Assembly (NCBI GenBank): GCA_027604505.1
Contig: JADIIX010000018.1
Location: 1 to 64,000 of the forward strand
DNA length: 64,000 nt
Source of the DNA: Gonapodya sp. JEL0774
Lineage: Eukaryota
Direction: 5' to 3'
In this document: one piece after another, positions 11,701-28,657 of the stretch
How positions within the stretch are numbered: position 1 is the stretch's first letter
How the letters are laid out: the number at the start of each line of letters is the position of its first letter
Position numbers and translations under genes: made by a program
The notes under the pieces: model-generated
Databases searched by the model: none
The model's input: the letters and a program-made list of their open reading frames with translations, nothing else
What the model was told of the DNA's origin: nothing

Positions 11701-14700
11701 TGTCAACCACTGAAACTGAAAAGCCAAGCTGTGTTCCCACGTAGTCAGCGTCTGGAACTTCGTGAGACCCCGGTCGAGCGCCTGGAATATTGCACACGGC
11801 GTGCGCAATATCACGGTGGTACGAGACCAACACCGTCAGCGCATGAGAGCTCAATGTCTCGAAATTCGTTGAAAACAAGCGCTCTTAGTCCGTAAAATAG
11901 GGGATCTACAGAAAATCTAATTGGGTTGATTCTGTCACGACCACAAGCTCGCACAAGTTACGCACCAACCCACGCAATCCATCTCAACCAGGTCTTCATC
12001 TGATTGAATGGCAAAACATAACCAGAGTAGATGTTGACAGCGAGCAGTATGACCCCGCTGACGTGATTGGCCATATCTTCGTTTCAACACGAGGATTTAC
12101 ACACTGACTCCGCGAATGAGATTACAAAACAAACAACTCACCCACGGAAGGCATAAAGGAGGCTAGCGTCTGTACACGGCATGTACAATAATGTCAGATA
12201 TTTTCAGAACAGAATCCAAATCAAATGATTTGTGCAACCTACTCGTGTCAACGCACTGTAGCCGATGTTCGCAAGGAACAGCGTGAAGAGCCAGAAGAAC
12301 CAGTGACTTATGGGAGAAGCATTCAATCCCACCTGCGAGAATAGTTATGTGATCGAATGCGTCTTTTGTCGCGAGTAGAACTCTCAAGTCACCATGAAAT
12401 ACATTGGAGCTAAATATTTTTTCGATCAATGGACCACCCGAAATCACAGAAGCTGTGTAAGACAACTAATTTAAATCTTGAGTACACCTGCCTCCACTCA
12501 CTCCATGCAAGAACATAGACAAGTCGTAGTGGAAAGTCAGTTGTCACCTGAGCAAGGTAGTAAAGCCATGGACGAAAAAGCAGCCATGTTTTATGCTTGT
12601 ACATGACCACTCGCCCATTTATCACACTTGGAATTTCCGCTGCAAAACGCCTTCTGCTTATAGCGACCCAGCCGGTACCAGCAACTTAACAGGAGCAAAA
12701 CACGCACCTTGCGCAGCTAAAACCTGAAAAAAAAAGGGAAAAGAAAAGGGCTCCCTGTTTAAGGAAGGTGCCACTTGCGTTGTTCTGAGCTTGCCAAAAT
12801 ATGGATCCACATATCACGGCAACCACAACGTTGAACACAACTTGCTGCACAAGTAGGAGAGGATTGCCAAAGCGAATCTGTATCTCTCGCCTGAGCAATG
12901 CCTTGAACTGGAAGTAGCAATGGCGCCGTTGTTAAGCAAGACTAATTGTATTTCGCCAAGCCTTGACAAACCTGATCCCATGCGGAGGTCAAATATTTAT
13001 AGTTTCTCTGACTTGTGCTGGTGTAAGATCTGTAATGTTGAACTGCTGCCCTGAACGTCTCCACCCGAAAATCCTGTTCTTCGAACGCTTGCTGTTGTCT
13101 CAACATTCGAGCCCTCTCTTCTGAGGCATTCCGTGCCGCTTCGAACTCTTCCGCAGTGTTTGGGACCCAAACTCCGTCACTTACTTCTCGCTCCGAGCTA
13201 TCTGTCACCCCAGTCAAAAGTCAGGTGTAAGGGCGGCAGATGAATCCCAACTTCTCAAAGTAGAGCTTCGCCTCGGTGGTTGGCCCAAAATAAATGCATC
13301 GGCCTTCATGAAGAAGCAAAACCTTGTCGAATAGCTCATACATTCCCTGTGAACTCTGATAGAAGTTCCAATATTCGTACGATCCAAAAGATCCTATCAA
13401 ATTATCAGAGATTGCACAAACTGCAATGAAGAGGAGGAATCGAGGCCATATGCACGCCACCAGGGATCGCGAAATTTGGAGGTTCGGGTTTAAATTCAGT
13501 GTATCCAGTCAAACCTCGCACCATGCTGCTTCCGTCCCACAAATTTAAGGAACTGCCCTGAAGAAGCAAAGTGAATGAAAAGTCCGTGACCACGAGAGCA
13601 CGCACTCTTGTGCTCAGCTTACCGCACATATTTGCTCCCCAATTGACGTCCTTTTTCTTTCACCTCCACTCACGCCCCTGATTAAAGCGTTTCCAATAGG
13701 AGTATTCTGAGCGCTTTCAAGATTCAGGATTTTAAGAATCACATCAAGTAAAAGAGATCGTCTTTCATCTTTATGCGAAGAGAATAAACCATGCTTTCCT
13801 ATCTTGAGGCGAAGAGAGAAATCGACTCAAGGGAGACATGAAAGATCAGATATGTCAAAATCGATGCATCACGATAGAAGCAACGCATTACACACGCGTT
13901 TGACGAACGGTAAGGGTGGGAAGGTGAAAATCATCCTCTCCCGAGTAGGTGATTTCCTGCGGAAACTCTCTCACAAAATCTATAAAGGGAATGCCTTTGT
14001 GCGAATCTCACTTGGTCAAGTCGCAATGTGTTTGACAAAGCTCAACAAAAGTATCATTCGCGCTCAGCTCGCCTTCAACTCCTTTTAGAGTCCGCGGTGG
14101 ATTCGTCGTCAGAAATTTTATCCAAACAGATTGGACAACCAAGTTCGTACCTTTGAAAGTTTTCCATTGTCCTGCAAGAGTTCGAAGCATTGTAGAACAA
14201 CCACTTCCGGGCCTTCCCAAAACAAGGAGGCATTCCCCGTCCGGAACAAAACCAGTCACGGCACTCAATATTCGCTTGTACGGAATATCCATATTTCTGC
14301 GAGTGATTTGACGGACAAATGACTGCAGTCTTGGCAGAATTCCAAACACGGAAGTGGTGGGGATCCATATCGATTTGATATGCTGACGAGAAAGATCTTC
14401 GGCCACCACAGATAGATCTCGGAAAGCTAGTCTTAGTGCTCTTTGCTCGCTTCCAGACTCTTTCATGATCTGCCTCACAGTGGCCAGTAAAGCTCTGCGA
14501 TCGATGCCAGGTGAAAGAGAAGTAAATGAGTCTGCCAGAGAAGACGAAGAATGACGACCCATCACCTGTAGCTAGAGTTTTCGTTTTTGGGATCGAGGAT
14601 CGGTGGAAGAGGTTCCTAGGCAGCGTTTCCCATCTATGATCTTACATGCAACTAGCCACGTAGAATGGCTGTTCTCACCTGCGATCGAAGAACACCGACA

Positions 14701-14999
14701 AGATCTACCAACGCTGACTCTCTTCGATAGATGGAAATTCGACTTTTAACGCGATTGATTGTCTCTTGATCTGCAAGTTCTTGGTCATCCGCGTTGACGT
14801 CATCACTTCGACCTTTTGGAGTGGCTCCAGCCGAGAGAGCTCCTGGTGCTGTGGATGAAGGACGCGATGATGAAGGCGACGCAATTGTGTTGACTTTTTT
14901 ATCTGATTCAGCTGGTCTGGAGCCGTCCAGGTTCCTAGCCAAATCCACTGGAGCAGTTACGTCCCCGTATATCGTTTGCGGCACGGGGATGTCTTGCAT
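8727..14999 (-). pseudogene. Full-size ABCG/PDR-type ABC transporter (NBD-TMD-NBD-TMD), disabled
   Basis: NBD1: LVLGRPGSGCSTMLRTLA, GVSGGERKRTSIGE. NBD2: SLMGSSGA-GKTTLLDVLA, GYAEQND, FLDEPTSGL, CTIHQPS. C-terminus: YWLNPFHYY..CQY..NRWRNFAILLGFYVFN. Lesions: TGA-TAG at 13394-13399 plus a frameshift, TAA at 10831-10833 (GISL*ERKR), TGA at 10624-10626 (SGLNSQ*AYNL), deletion/frameshift near 10590, and an acceptor reading CCG instead of CAG near 10997. Confidence 0.85.
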
Positions 15000-15194
15000 C
15001 AAGACTCTTAAGCAATTTCAGATGAGATAGGCAGGGGCGTCGGGCGTTAGATGATTACAGTGTGTGTCCTGGAATGTGAATTGTTGTTGATGCCCTTTTC
15101 CCACTCCTCACACTATATGACTTTTCTATAACTCAATATAAACATTCTACTTACAAATGTTCAAGTCAAAAAACATATACAATGATGAAGTATG

Positions 15195-18100
15195 CTAGCT
15201 GTTGTTCTGCCGCTCTAGGGTCGGTGCTACTACATGTATAGAAAGTGAGTCAAGCGTATGATGAGTGGACATGGTTCCGAAGTCCATCGAGGTTCTCTCA
15301 TCCATGTTGTGTGGATCTGAGGAGGCAGGATTGCGAAGTTGGAACGAATATTCAATACGTGCTGATTCCGTTGTAGCGGGAGTTCTCGTGATAATATCTG
15401 CAAGTTCAAAACACGTGCATCTTCGGTGCAACGCGAAGCAAGGTGTACAGTAAAGCTGTAAACCCACCTGCAGTTCCTTCATCTTGAGAAAAACCAAATC
15501 CTGTAAAAGCGTACTCGTAATCTGGTTGATGGAGGAAAACCATACTGGACATTCTCTTGGAGTTGACCATAGAACTGACCGATTTTCTACGAGAGTGTTG
15601 GGCACGATTTCGATCGGGAAGTACGGCATTCTCTCCTGCTCCTTCCTCCGAAGCTGACATTGAGATCTCAGAGAGAGAAGGATTCGCTCCGGCTTGACCC
15701 CATGTGCCTGAACTGATTTCGTAATCCAGGCCAAGTTTACGCAGTTCTCGAGCTTTAGCAAGGTCGTCGAGATCACTACCGCTCCACACATCAACTCCAT
15801 GGAGTTCTGGAGACCGAATGTGATACTTCTCAATCTCTCGAAAAATCCCGACATCCGTGGGGAAGAAAAATTCTCGAATGAATTTGTAGAGATAGCGCGG
15901 AGCGAATCCAACGATTGTGACCAGCACATAATGAAAATAGAATGCGGGCATTCCTAGTAACCGGAACATCATCCCGTATGCAGGAGCACCCGGTACATTC
16001 CAGTACACGAAACAAAAGGCAAGCCAACACCCGAGGGTGAACCTGTCACAAGCAAGAACTCGTCTAGGGCAGAACATTGTGCTACGCTGAGAATAACTCA
16101 CAAATAGCCCACGAGGATGAGCCAGTTCCACGTTTTGAAGTTCAGCATCATAAAAAGATTTACATTGATAATAACAGTCCAAGCGAATACTCCGCTCATC
16201 ATTGTCTGATCAGGAACAAAGCCGTGTGCATCGGTTGCTGAATCCTCAAACAGGGCGAGCGTGAAAAAGAATATGATGACTGATTGGTATATGCCATCGC
16301 CCATGTAAGACCTGAAAGCATGATCACATGGACCACCGAAGGATAAGAATGCGACAGGAACAACAATGCCGTTACAATGACAAATTGCGTGGAGTTGACG
16401 GAAACCGATGCTCTCACCAAAATCTCTCCATTGTGTAATCTTCTTGGCGGATTCCCAAACGGTAAAGATAAGGCACCTCGAGTGCGATACGATCATTAAC
16501 GTCTACGTCACACACGCCCAGCAGGAAATTGGGGGCAAACGTAAACAATGTTTGATAGAACTAAAACCAGTGTGTTGGATACTCAGTAAATCAACGAGAG
16601 TGAGACCCTTCGATGTTCTTGGTCAAATTCACTCACCATGCCGTAGTAAAAATCGAGAGAGTCGCCGGCACTGAAACTGCTCAGGAAAATTTTGAGTCAG
16701 TGTCAGAGACATCAGAATCCGCGTAAAGTTGTTAGATGAGAGAGAGAGAGACGCACCCACAGTAGAACTGGAACCTGTCCGCAAGAGTTCACTAGTATCA
16801 ATTTGATGCCTATTCTACACGTAAGAATGTCACATTCAAACTCACCAAAAGGAAATGAACAACAAAACAATGTTCTTTCTCGCCATTCAAATTCAGTGTG
16901 GTGTTACCCCCTTTTTTTGAAAAAAATTGTGGCGAACCCCTCACCTTATAGAAGAACCCGAGAACCATCTCCGCTGTGCGCATATAGCACCACCGACCAT
17001 GAACAAGCAAAAGCCGTTGAAGATATCGAAACTGGCCAACGGAGTAGTCCGCAGACATCGCAGCCTGCATTCCTTCACGACCGACAATGCCGACTCCGAT
17101 ATGCGCTTCTTGAATCATGCTAATCGTCGAGCACATTACAGCACCATTGAATCTGTCCAGCTTTGAATGAGTACTCACGAAACATCATTTGCACCGTCTC
17201 CGATAGAAAGACACATCGCTCCAAGCCGCGCCCGGACAAGCTTCACGACTTGGGCTTTTTGAAGCGGGCTTACACGACAGCATACCACCGATCGACATCG
17301 ACAAGCTAGCTCCAGAAGAAGGATCTGATTTGATGGATCCAAAGCGTGCCGTAAAGACTCCCCGTCGATAACTAAAGCGAAATCGCCCTCCGGGTCCCAG
17401 ACATCACGGAGGCCCGCAAGCAGGACTTTTCGGACAGCCAGCACCGAATTGGCCCCTTTGATGACTAAGAGTTGCTGCTCTCGTGAGAGAAGAGCGCATG
17501 AGAAGGCGATATTGATCGCTGTTTCTATTTTATCGCCCTGTTTGAAGTCCATTGAGGTACGTTGATACAGTACGATTGCAAATACGACTGAGACTCACGG
17601 TCAGAACCCATACTTTCATGTTCGCCTTCATGAGTTTTGATATTGTCTCGGGTACACCGTCCTGCAACTTGTCCTCAATAGCAGTTGCTCCCAACAGGGT
17701 AAGCTGGGATTCAATTTCGGAGGCAACTCTCTCCATCAATAAATCTCGATCCTTCATGGCAGCGCACGCTTCTCTGTACTTCTTCGCCCACGCTTCGTAA
17801 ACATCACCAGAGATGACCCGATAAGCAATGCACAGAGTTCTAAGCCCTTCCGAAGCAAATTGCTCCAAGTGCAATAGTGTCTCGTCCTCGAAAAATAGTT
17901 TCATCTCTCGGTGCATGGGGTTCAAACCGTCTGATCCTGATAGTCGTTCAAATATGACAGAATCCGCTCCTTTGCAGAGAAGAAGAATTAGCCCAGTATC
18001 TGTTTGTACCACAACACTCATCCGTTTCCGATCACTTTTGCGAACCAAAAGTACGGATATATCAGATATCTATAACAAACAGCGACTACATTGAAGCGTA

Positions 18101-21100
18101 CCTGCTGAACTCAATGACCTGAAGTACTCGATACTTTAACTGGGTTCCCATGAAGTCAAGTAGAATCTCTGCTTGCTTTCGCGCTAAGAAGGTAAATCCA
18201 CTGTCTCGAGCTGCAGAAACCAAAGCAGATTCGTCCGGTGATTGAGCCTGATAGACAACTTTCTCAGTTGGCGAATTCCCATCAGCAGATGGCACCGCGG
18301 GTTTCTTCTCAACCAGTACAGTGTGAGAAATTGCAAGGTGCATCCAAAACATCATAAGCCGGCGCGAAAGATAGGTCGGATCGTCGTGTCTGTCTGGGAA
18401 ATCATCAGTATCCTTTCCAAACACAGAAGCTTCCCAAAGGTTCCAGTTAAGGGGGATTCCGTTGGACATCATATCCTTCCACATTTGAGCATCCCCATAC
18501 TTCGCATCACTGCTCACATACTTTCGAGCACTGAAAGGAACGAGTTCTTCCATCGCTTTGACTGCCTCTGCTCTTGCTTTGGCCTCATTCGTCCGGACGT
18601 GCAGGTCAGTAATTCCCAACAAATCATTGGCCACTTCAGGTGCAGTCCCATAGGCAGTACCGGCGACCTAACGGAAAGACAAGACGTGAAAAACGTCACT
18701 AAGTGAGCAATTGTTCGCAATATTGGAGATGAAGACGTTTGCATTAGAGCCTTGCTAATCACCGAGCATCGCTTGAACTCCATCACGTTCTGTGTGAGTG
18801 TTCCTGTCTTGTCCGAGAAAACATACTCGATTTGCCCCAGATCGTCGGACAAGTTCCAGGACCGCGGGGTACAAGCGACACCAGGCGCATCGGGTGGGTC
18901 ATCGGGGAAGAAAAATCGCATGAACTCATCTGAGTAGATATAGAGCGCCTTTGTGCGCAAACAGGAAATCAGTTTTGCCTGCTGGACATATACCATACAT
19001 AAAGAACTTGCCTGGAGAGACTTAGCGAGATCAATTGAAATATAAAGCGAGATAGGTATGATTGATTGGAAAAGGATCATGCTCTGCCAGAAAGTGGTGA
19101 CCGCGCCTTGCCAGGGAGAATCTTGCAACTCCTTCTCGCCGATTAGCCAAGGTGCACCTTCATAGTTAAACGCGTTCGTGTACTACAGCGGTAGTAACGT
19201 GGTCAAAATCCATCCATCACACATAGACCCGAGCAATGATACACTCACGATAGTGTGGCATATTGTCATAATTATGCAGAGAGCAAAAAGAATCATGCAA
19301 TTAATGAGAACCTTGTTGGAAATGGAAGCCTGGCTTATCAGAAACAATATAACGTGTTGTGGGAAACGAATCAACCGCAACCGACCTGTGCATTCATCTT
19401 TTGATCAATGTTGGAACGTTTCGACGGGGTAATACCAGCATTCATAATAATCTTCGGTCCCAGATAGCAAAATGCGTAAATTTCCATTACAGTGATAAAG
19501 TAGCACCGGAACAGAGGCTATCCAATTCGTTACTCACTTTTGTGTCCTCACCCGTGTAGACAACAACACCAACAACCCAACCTGTGTTACGCAAGAAGCA
19601 TCCACGTAGTAGAACATTATTCAAATTGAATCCTGTTTTTGAAACGGGAACTAAGCGCGCAGGTGAACTTGATTCTCCACCAGGATTTGGGTATCGAGAT
19701 GACGCTTGAGATGTTGCTTCCACACCTCTTTGCGATAAGGTCACCGGTGAAAACAACGCTGCTCGAGATCCGATGGACAAGGTCTTTAGATGGTGCCCAC
19801 GGATAGTTTCCGCATTAACGGCGGACCCAGCACGGCTCGCAAGGGAACCGAGATCCAGGCTTCGACCCCTCCCCCACGCCCCTGGGTTAAACTTAGGAGG
19901 TTGTAGCTTTTTGTCGACTGAATCATCGATAACCTTGAGCATTGAAGGAGTGACGGGCGATTCCTGATCGGGGTTGTGATTATCAGCAACTTCAACCTCA
20001 TCACCCTCGGACTCTATGGACCCCGTAAGCTGATACATGTTTACAGACGGTGCCTCAGCGTCGATTCGCAGTTTGAGATTTAAGCAAGAAGCAGCCGAGG
20101 TGATACTATAGTTGAGACCAGGCAGGGGTGACCGTCGAATTTTCAAGTTGGTCTCGCCGTCCAGATTTTTCGTTTCTGCAATGGTGATTGCACGTAGAAT
20201 AAAACGGAAAATTGAGAATGTCCCCAACGGAGTCAAGACTGTTATTCATGGACGTTTCCAGCAACGTCGCTTTCAAGATTAGATTTACCAACCAATGTAG
20301 CAAGAACCCTCAGGCTCACTCGTAGCCAAGATCAGCACATCAGCAGGAATTTGATTATTGTTTCGTAACAGAACAAAATCACCGACTAAGGAAATTTATT
20401 GACAACAATAAATCGGATGACGCTGACATTTTGGAGGAGCACGGACTCACCTCTGACATCTTGCCACATGGTTTCCGCCCAGCCCCAGCCATCCATTCTC
20501 CGGCGCTCTGTGGAATCCTCATCTATTTCCACATTCTTGTGTTTATCATCGGTGTCGGATGCTCGGACGTGATTGTTGCCATTTGATGTCGATTCCTGAT
20601 TACTGGTGGAAATCTCCGCACTGCTTGGACTCTTGTCCGAGTGCAAGGTCTCGACGCGAACGTCTGCTTGTTTAACCGTATCATGCACCGTGCTGTCTGT
20701 ACTATCCATCTTGTGTCCTCCAGATCGAAATAATTGCCAAAAGTACCTTATCTCAGACCATCCGAACCATGTCACATACGCAAGAAACCAGATCAAATTT
20801 TCAAGCCAGGTTACTGGATTCAAGTCACCCCAAGTTACGATTCGCACAAGCGGAACATTGCGATTGATATACAGGGGAGGCGGCTCACGATTGACGGAGA
20901 TGTGGGAACGCGATTCTCCACCTGTACTCTTTGAAGTTGACGTGTAGCTGGCGGGAGGCGGGTTGAAGGAAGGATCAACGAGAGGTTTCTCGTCTGGTTC
21001 AGGAATATCTCCTCGCATGATCAGGCGGGTGAACTCGGCAGCGTTGTTGGAATAAAGAGTAAACGTTGGTGACTCATTCAAGGAATTGTCTTGAATGTGC

Positions 21101-22871
21101 CGATTGTAATCTGGTGAATGTACACAAGCAACGGACATTTCGGCTTGACAAGCACCAGAAAGGCAACTCGACGACACAAACCTTCGATTCCATCCTTCAC
21201 AGCTGCGTTTGGGAAAAAAGGGACAAGACATAACATTAACAAGGATAATAGACCATCACTCTGGACTCTCACCTGTGACGACTATGATAAACAGCAACGG
21301 CAGTGCTGTTATGATGGGGCTCACAAGGGCAAACTCGGGTGTCGTTTGGAGAATAATGAGTGCGAGGAAATAGAAATTGGCGAGACCACGGAACTGCTCC
21401 AACAAGTTCTAGGAACATGACGGGGGTGAATTAAGGATCATCGGCTCAGAGTGTGACAAGACATCACAATTTAAGTCACCTTTGGTAAGAAAGTCACGAT
21501 CGAGTACTTGGCGGTTCGCACAGCATTCCCTGAATAGTTCTGCTTCACACCACCATGAGTATCTGCCCATTCTCCTTCAGGTTCGAGATTCACAAATATC
21601 CTTCGAGGTTCCAAGTTCCGTTCCCGCTTCACATTCCCCCCGACAAACACATACTTGAGTGCGTCGACGAAAGGTTTTGCCGTGACTCGAAAATCAAAGT
21701 CGAACGGTGTTTTAGAGGGCAGCGCAGGGGCGAAAGAATCCGTAAAACGGCGTTTAACGTCGTTGAACAGGGTCACAGGATGATACGGGTGACGGCTCGG
21801 GTAGCGAGGGTGATTTCGTGCCGCCGACGCCCGTCGTCCAGATGACAACTCCGAACCCATCGAGCCACGACCGTACAGGAGGGGTTCGTTCTGAGGTCCA
21901 ATAGGGCTGATGGGTGACGGTGCTCGCGTGAGTGTGTTTGCATTCAGCTCAACAGAGCTTCCCATAGATCTCCGAGGGAGCGTGAGAGCAGGTTCGGATT
22001 TCCGTCTGAGGTGGGCGGGCCTGCTTGACACGGCGGCGTGTTTTGGCACCATCGGGCGGCGAAGTGCCGAGCCTGTGAACTCCGGCTCAGTGCGAGATCT
22101 CGGTGAGTCGGGTGAGCGTGGCGACACGCGGTCCGAGGACGTGGAACCCTGACCGACACCGGACCCCGCACCCGTGGCACCACGCAAAGCGGAGTGTATG
22201 TCGAGGAGCAAAGATGGATTGCGGAGACGGCCACCGTTACTCTGTGAATGCGAGTGACCGGGGGCGACGGAAGGGTGAGACCCTGAGAAGCGGGACTGGG
22301 CGTTGAGGGGGACCGAGGAGCGACGTGGGCCGTAGTCAGGGCGTGCCCGCGATACAGAGGATGGCTGGTTCACATCGTCTGTATTCTCTTCATCTGTTTG
22401 TGCTCCTTCACCGACAACCTTTGCCCCGGAGAAGGTCACCAAGTGACGCCCCTTGACACCCGAGGAGTTGGAATTGGAGCGGTCTTTGGAAAGAGATGGA
22501 CGATGAAGCAAGGCTGCGGGCACGGATGGGTTCAGAAGAGCACTGGAGTGTGGAAGCATGCTCTCGGACCCGGTACTGATGGACGAGCGCCGAGTGTGAT
22601 TGGAGGGAGTGGCTGACGCTGCAATTTGTCCAATTTCTGAGGTTTTCTCGCCGTCAAACGACAACGGAAAATCACTAAGAAGATTTGAAGTCGATGCCAA
22701 GGCTTGATTGGTAGAAATCGAAGGAGGCAGCGACGGAGTGGTGAGAGATCGTTCGTCCAGCACGGGCGCGGGATCCCCAGGCTCCACCCCAGGCTCGTTC
22801 ATCGCATTTCCACCTGATTCGCTCGTTTCATTTTCTCCACCTGGGCTAGCCTTGGGTCTGCCCTCGGACAT
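15195..22871 (-). CDS. P4-type ATPase (phospholipid flippase, DNF/DRS2-related), multi-exon
   Basis: N-terminal [33 protein letters not shown] (DGET), [32 protein letters not shown] (phosphorylation site), [55 protein letters not shown]-terminal [11 protein letters not shown]. Long Ser/Pro-rich N-terminal extension. Confidence 0.95.
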
Positions 22872-23438
22872 GGGTTGCGATTCGGAGACCGATCCAGACT
22901 AGTCCCAGCACTCAGCGACCAGGCGGGGCTCAAGTTGCTCCCACAAGAAAGCACGCAAAAGTTTAGTATTGGTGTGAAGGAGATTGGATGGGGAGGCAGG
23001 CGGCAAATGGGACGAAATAGGAAGTGTGGTCGAGGCATGATCAGCCGATATGGGCAGAGCTAGTAGACAGTTCCGTTAGAGACTGTTCCGTTCACAAAGT
23101 CGATATAGATTCGGAGTTGCTTCTAAACGATTACTATTGCCGTAGACTCTTTCCTACAACTAACAGGTACAATTGCCCAGTGCCCCTTTGATCACAGACT
23201 CGTACCGCTGGGAAAGGGTTCAAGTTTTTCATTACTACTAAGGAGTTTCCTCCATTGGGTCCTCCTCCCCATGTTCAGGATTCGACTGCCCCACGAGTGC
23301 CGATTGCCCATTAGCTCCAGCGTCTTCACGTCGACCACGCCTGTTCGCATACGGGTGGAATCGAGTTGTGGGAGGAGGCTAAAACCGCAACAGATAAGGC
23401 ACTATTGCTAGCGCGTACATGTCGATCTGCTACTCCTT

Positions 23439-24448
23439 TCAGGGGTTCAAACTCACCTCAAGGGCATCTTCCATTTCTTCCAGTCTCCTTCGGCCTTCCT
23501 CGGTCAGGCTCTCCGCCCCTTCCGCAGTGAAGAACCATCCACTCGGGTCCATGTTGGCGAACGCCGGGTCGTCGGCAGAGATGAAGGCGTCCCCGGGGTC
23601 AGAGTTATCGAACGCATTCCCGGAGTTTGTGGAGGGTTGAGCAGAGGCAGCGGTGGATAAAGCCTGCCACAGAGGGTCGACTGCAAGGAGATTTTGAAAG
23701 AGGATCGGCACCGAATCCATCGCATTAAAATATGACAATGACAACCCACGTTGGCTCACATCACTTGGCGCAAATCGAACTTCCAAGAATGGTTCATAGC
23801 CGTCCTCCGCGAGGTCTCCCTCGCCCTCCGGTTCCACATCTTCCCATTCGGTGTCATCGACGGTGTGCAAGCCGTTGCCATTCGCCTGGTCGCCAGTGTC
23901 ATTGTCAGCGTCTTCTTCCTCCTCCTTCTTACGCGCTAGGGCGCGTTCTCTCCTCCAACCATCGTTCAGGGCCGTCTTTGCTTCAGGAACCTCTGTCCCA
24001 TTTGTGTCGAGCACTTCGGTGTCCTCCAGCTGGCAGTATATGCAGGGTGGAAATGGATCCGGCAAATCACGCAAAGGAGTGGGAGATCGTGATGTAGCAT
24101 AAATGGCGAGACTGCTAAGTGGAATCGAGGCACCTCGAGATGCAGATTGAGAAAACCATATCAGGGAGCTGGTTGGGGGGATTCATTCAAATGTTCAAGC
24201 ACACAATTGCTGCAGCATTTCCAACTCCATGAAAAGGAAAAGAAAGAAACGAGATGATGGACTCACTCATGGGTGACCCAGACGTCGCCAGTTCCTTCCA
24301 GTCCCACCGACGCGATGCTTGGACCGAATCTGCATAAGACATTCTGCAAATGGAAAGGAGAAGGAACCTGTGGGGCAGAAACATTGGAATCCGCCTGCGA
24401 TGTCTCGCTGTCGATGGATGGTGGATTGGATAGAATAGTTATGGGCAT
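23439..24448 (-). CDS. CLNS1A: pICln/Lot5-family (Voldacs) methylosome subunit
   Basis: GTGDVWVTH-SLIWFS..GASIPLSSLAIYATSR..PPCIYCQL, an acidic stretch, EVRFAPSD..VDPLWQALSTAASAQP, and a C-terminal LTEEGRRRLEEMEDAL. This is the typical pICln architecture. Confidence 0.75.
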
Positions 24449-24584
24449 TGATTCGTACAGGAACGTTACAGTGTTTGGGCGTCCCAACTCCGTCACCTGC
24501 ACAAATATGCATGATTTTCATCAGGTGCACACAATGGAAGGCAATGACTACAGTATTGCACCCGAGATATCACAATGTATGAAA

Positions 24585-27596
<3,012 letters not shown>

Positions 27597-27976
27597 TGCA
27601 ACGGGATGAAGTTGGTCTGCAAGGGAATGTTCTGGGTGCGAAGTGAGGCCAGCTGGAGCGGGCCTGCAGGGACACTGCAAAATCCTTGCTTCAAACACGA
27701 TGCCTTTCGTCTCGTGAGTTGCTGGAAAACCTCACTCCGTAAACTTGGGCTTCACACATGGAGCGGCGATTTCTATCTGTGTGTCGAGCGGTGTACCGAC
27801 AGGATGCTTCTCTGTTCCAGCTTATCTACTTGGAGGACTGGAGGGTGGAGCACTCAAACCAATTACCAGAAATATCAGAGTTATATTGCATCAGCAAACT
27901 TTGCGCAGAGATATACGAAGAATCGATCATTTAGGCTTGCGGGACTCGATCTCGAAAAACGCGTTTCTTGGGAACA

Positions 27977-28594
27977 TGTTATGCACCAACCTTCCGCCCA
28001 ACCTGAATTTTCAACTCAGGAATCTTCCCAAGAACACACCATATCCCTTTGTTGCCGCCCAGCCGGATCCCATCACTGTCGTTCGGTATCTTCGGGCAAC
28101 AGATTACTTGGCTCTCACAACCTTGACTGTCGGTTTCCCGTCCGCATTTTTTATCTGGGGTGGGTCAGAACAGATGCTTGCAAGCAGTGCGTGACATTTA
28201 AATGGCCCGCGCTACCGCTTGTGCGCAGAGCGCCTTCAACCCTCTGGACACCCACGATTTGTGGGGAGGGCAGCATTGCTGCAAGTCCCCATGTACGCTA
28301 CTCTGAGTTTTGCTGCTGTCTACATCAACTCTCTCAGTGGGTGTCCTTTCTTGTGGCGCTGCTCCCTTATCAACTCCCGTTCTGATGACGTTGTGTATGT
28401 CGCTTCAATTCATCATTAGTGCGTTTCTGGGGCTGGAAGGAAAATTCGATTGAAGCTAAGAGATACGCACAGGATTCAGCAGCTGGTACTCTGGTAAGCT
28501 GACACTTCCCCACTCATCATTGAGCTGAGGTGTTTACTTCATTTGTATCATACCCCCGACTCTGCAGAAACCCACATGGTGGAACTGGGGTTAA
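27977..28594 (+). CDS. NUXM: NADH:ubiquinone oxidoreductase 20.9/21 kDa accessory subunit (NUXM family); start uncertain
   Basis: TPYPFVAAQPDPITVVRYLRATDY..AFFIW|ERLQPSG..SFAAVYINSL|xRFWGWKENSIE..|KPTWWNWG*, matching the family motifs YP.ID.DP...VV...R.SDY and RF.G..EN..E. Confidence 0.8.
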
Positions 28595-28657
28595 TTTCTT
28601 GCAACAATGCGTGTAATTCTTGAGCAAGAAAGTATCTACATAAATGGAGTGCGATTT

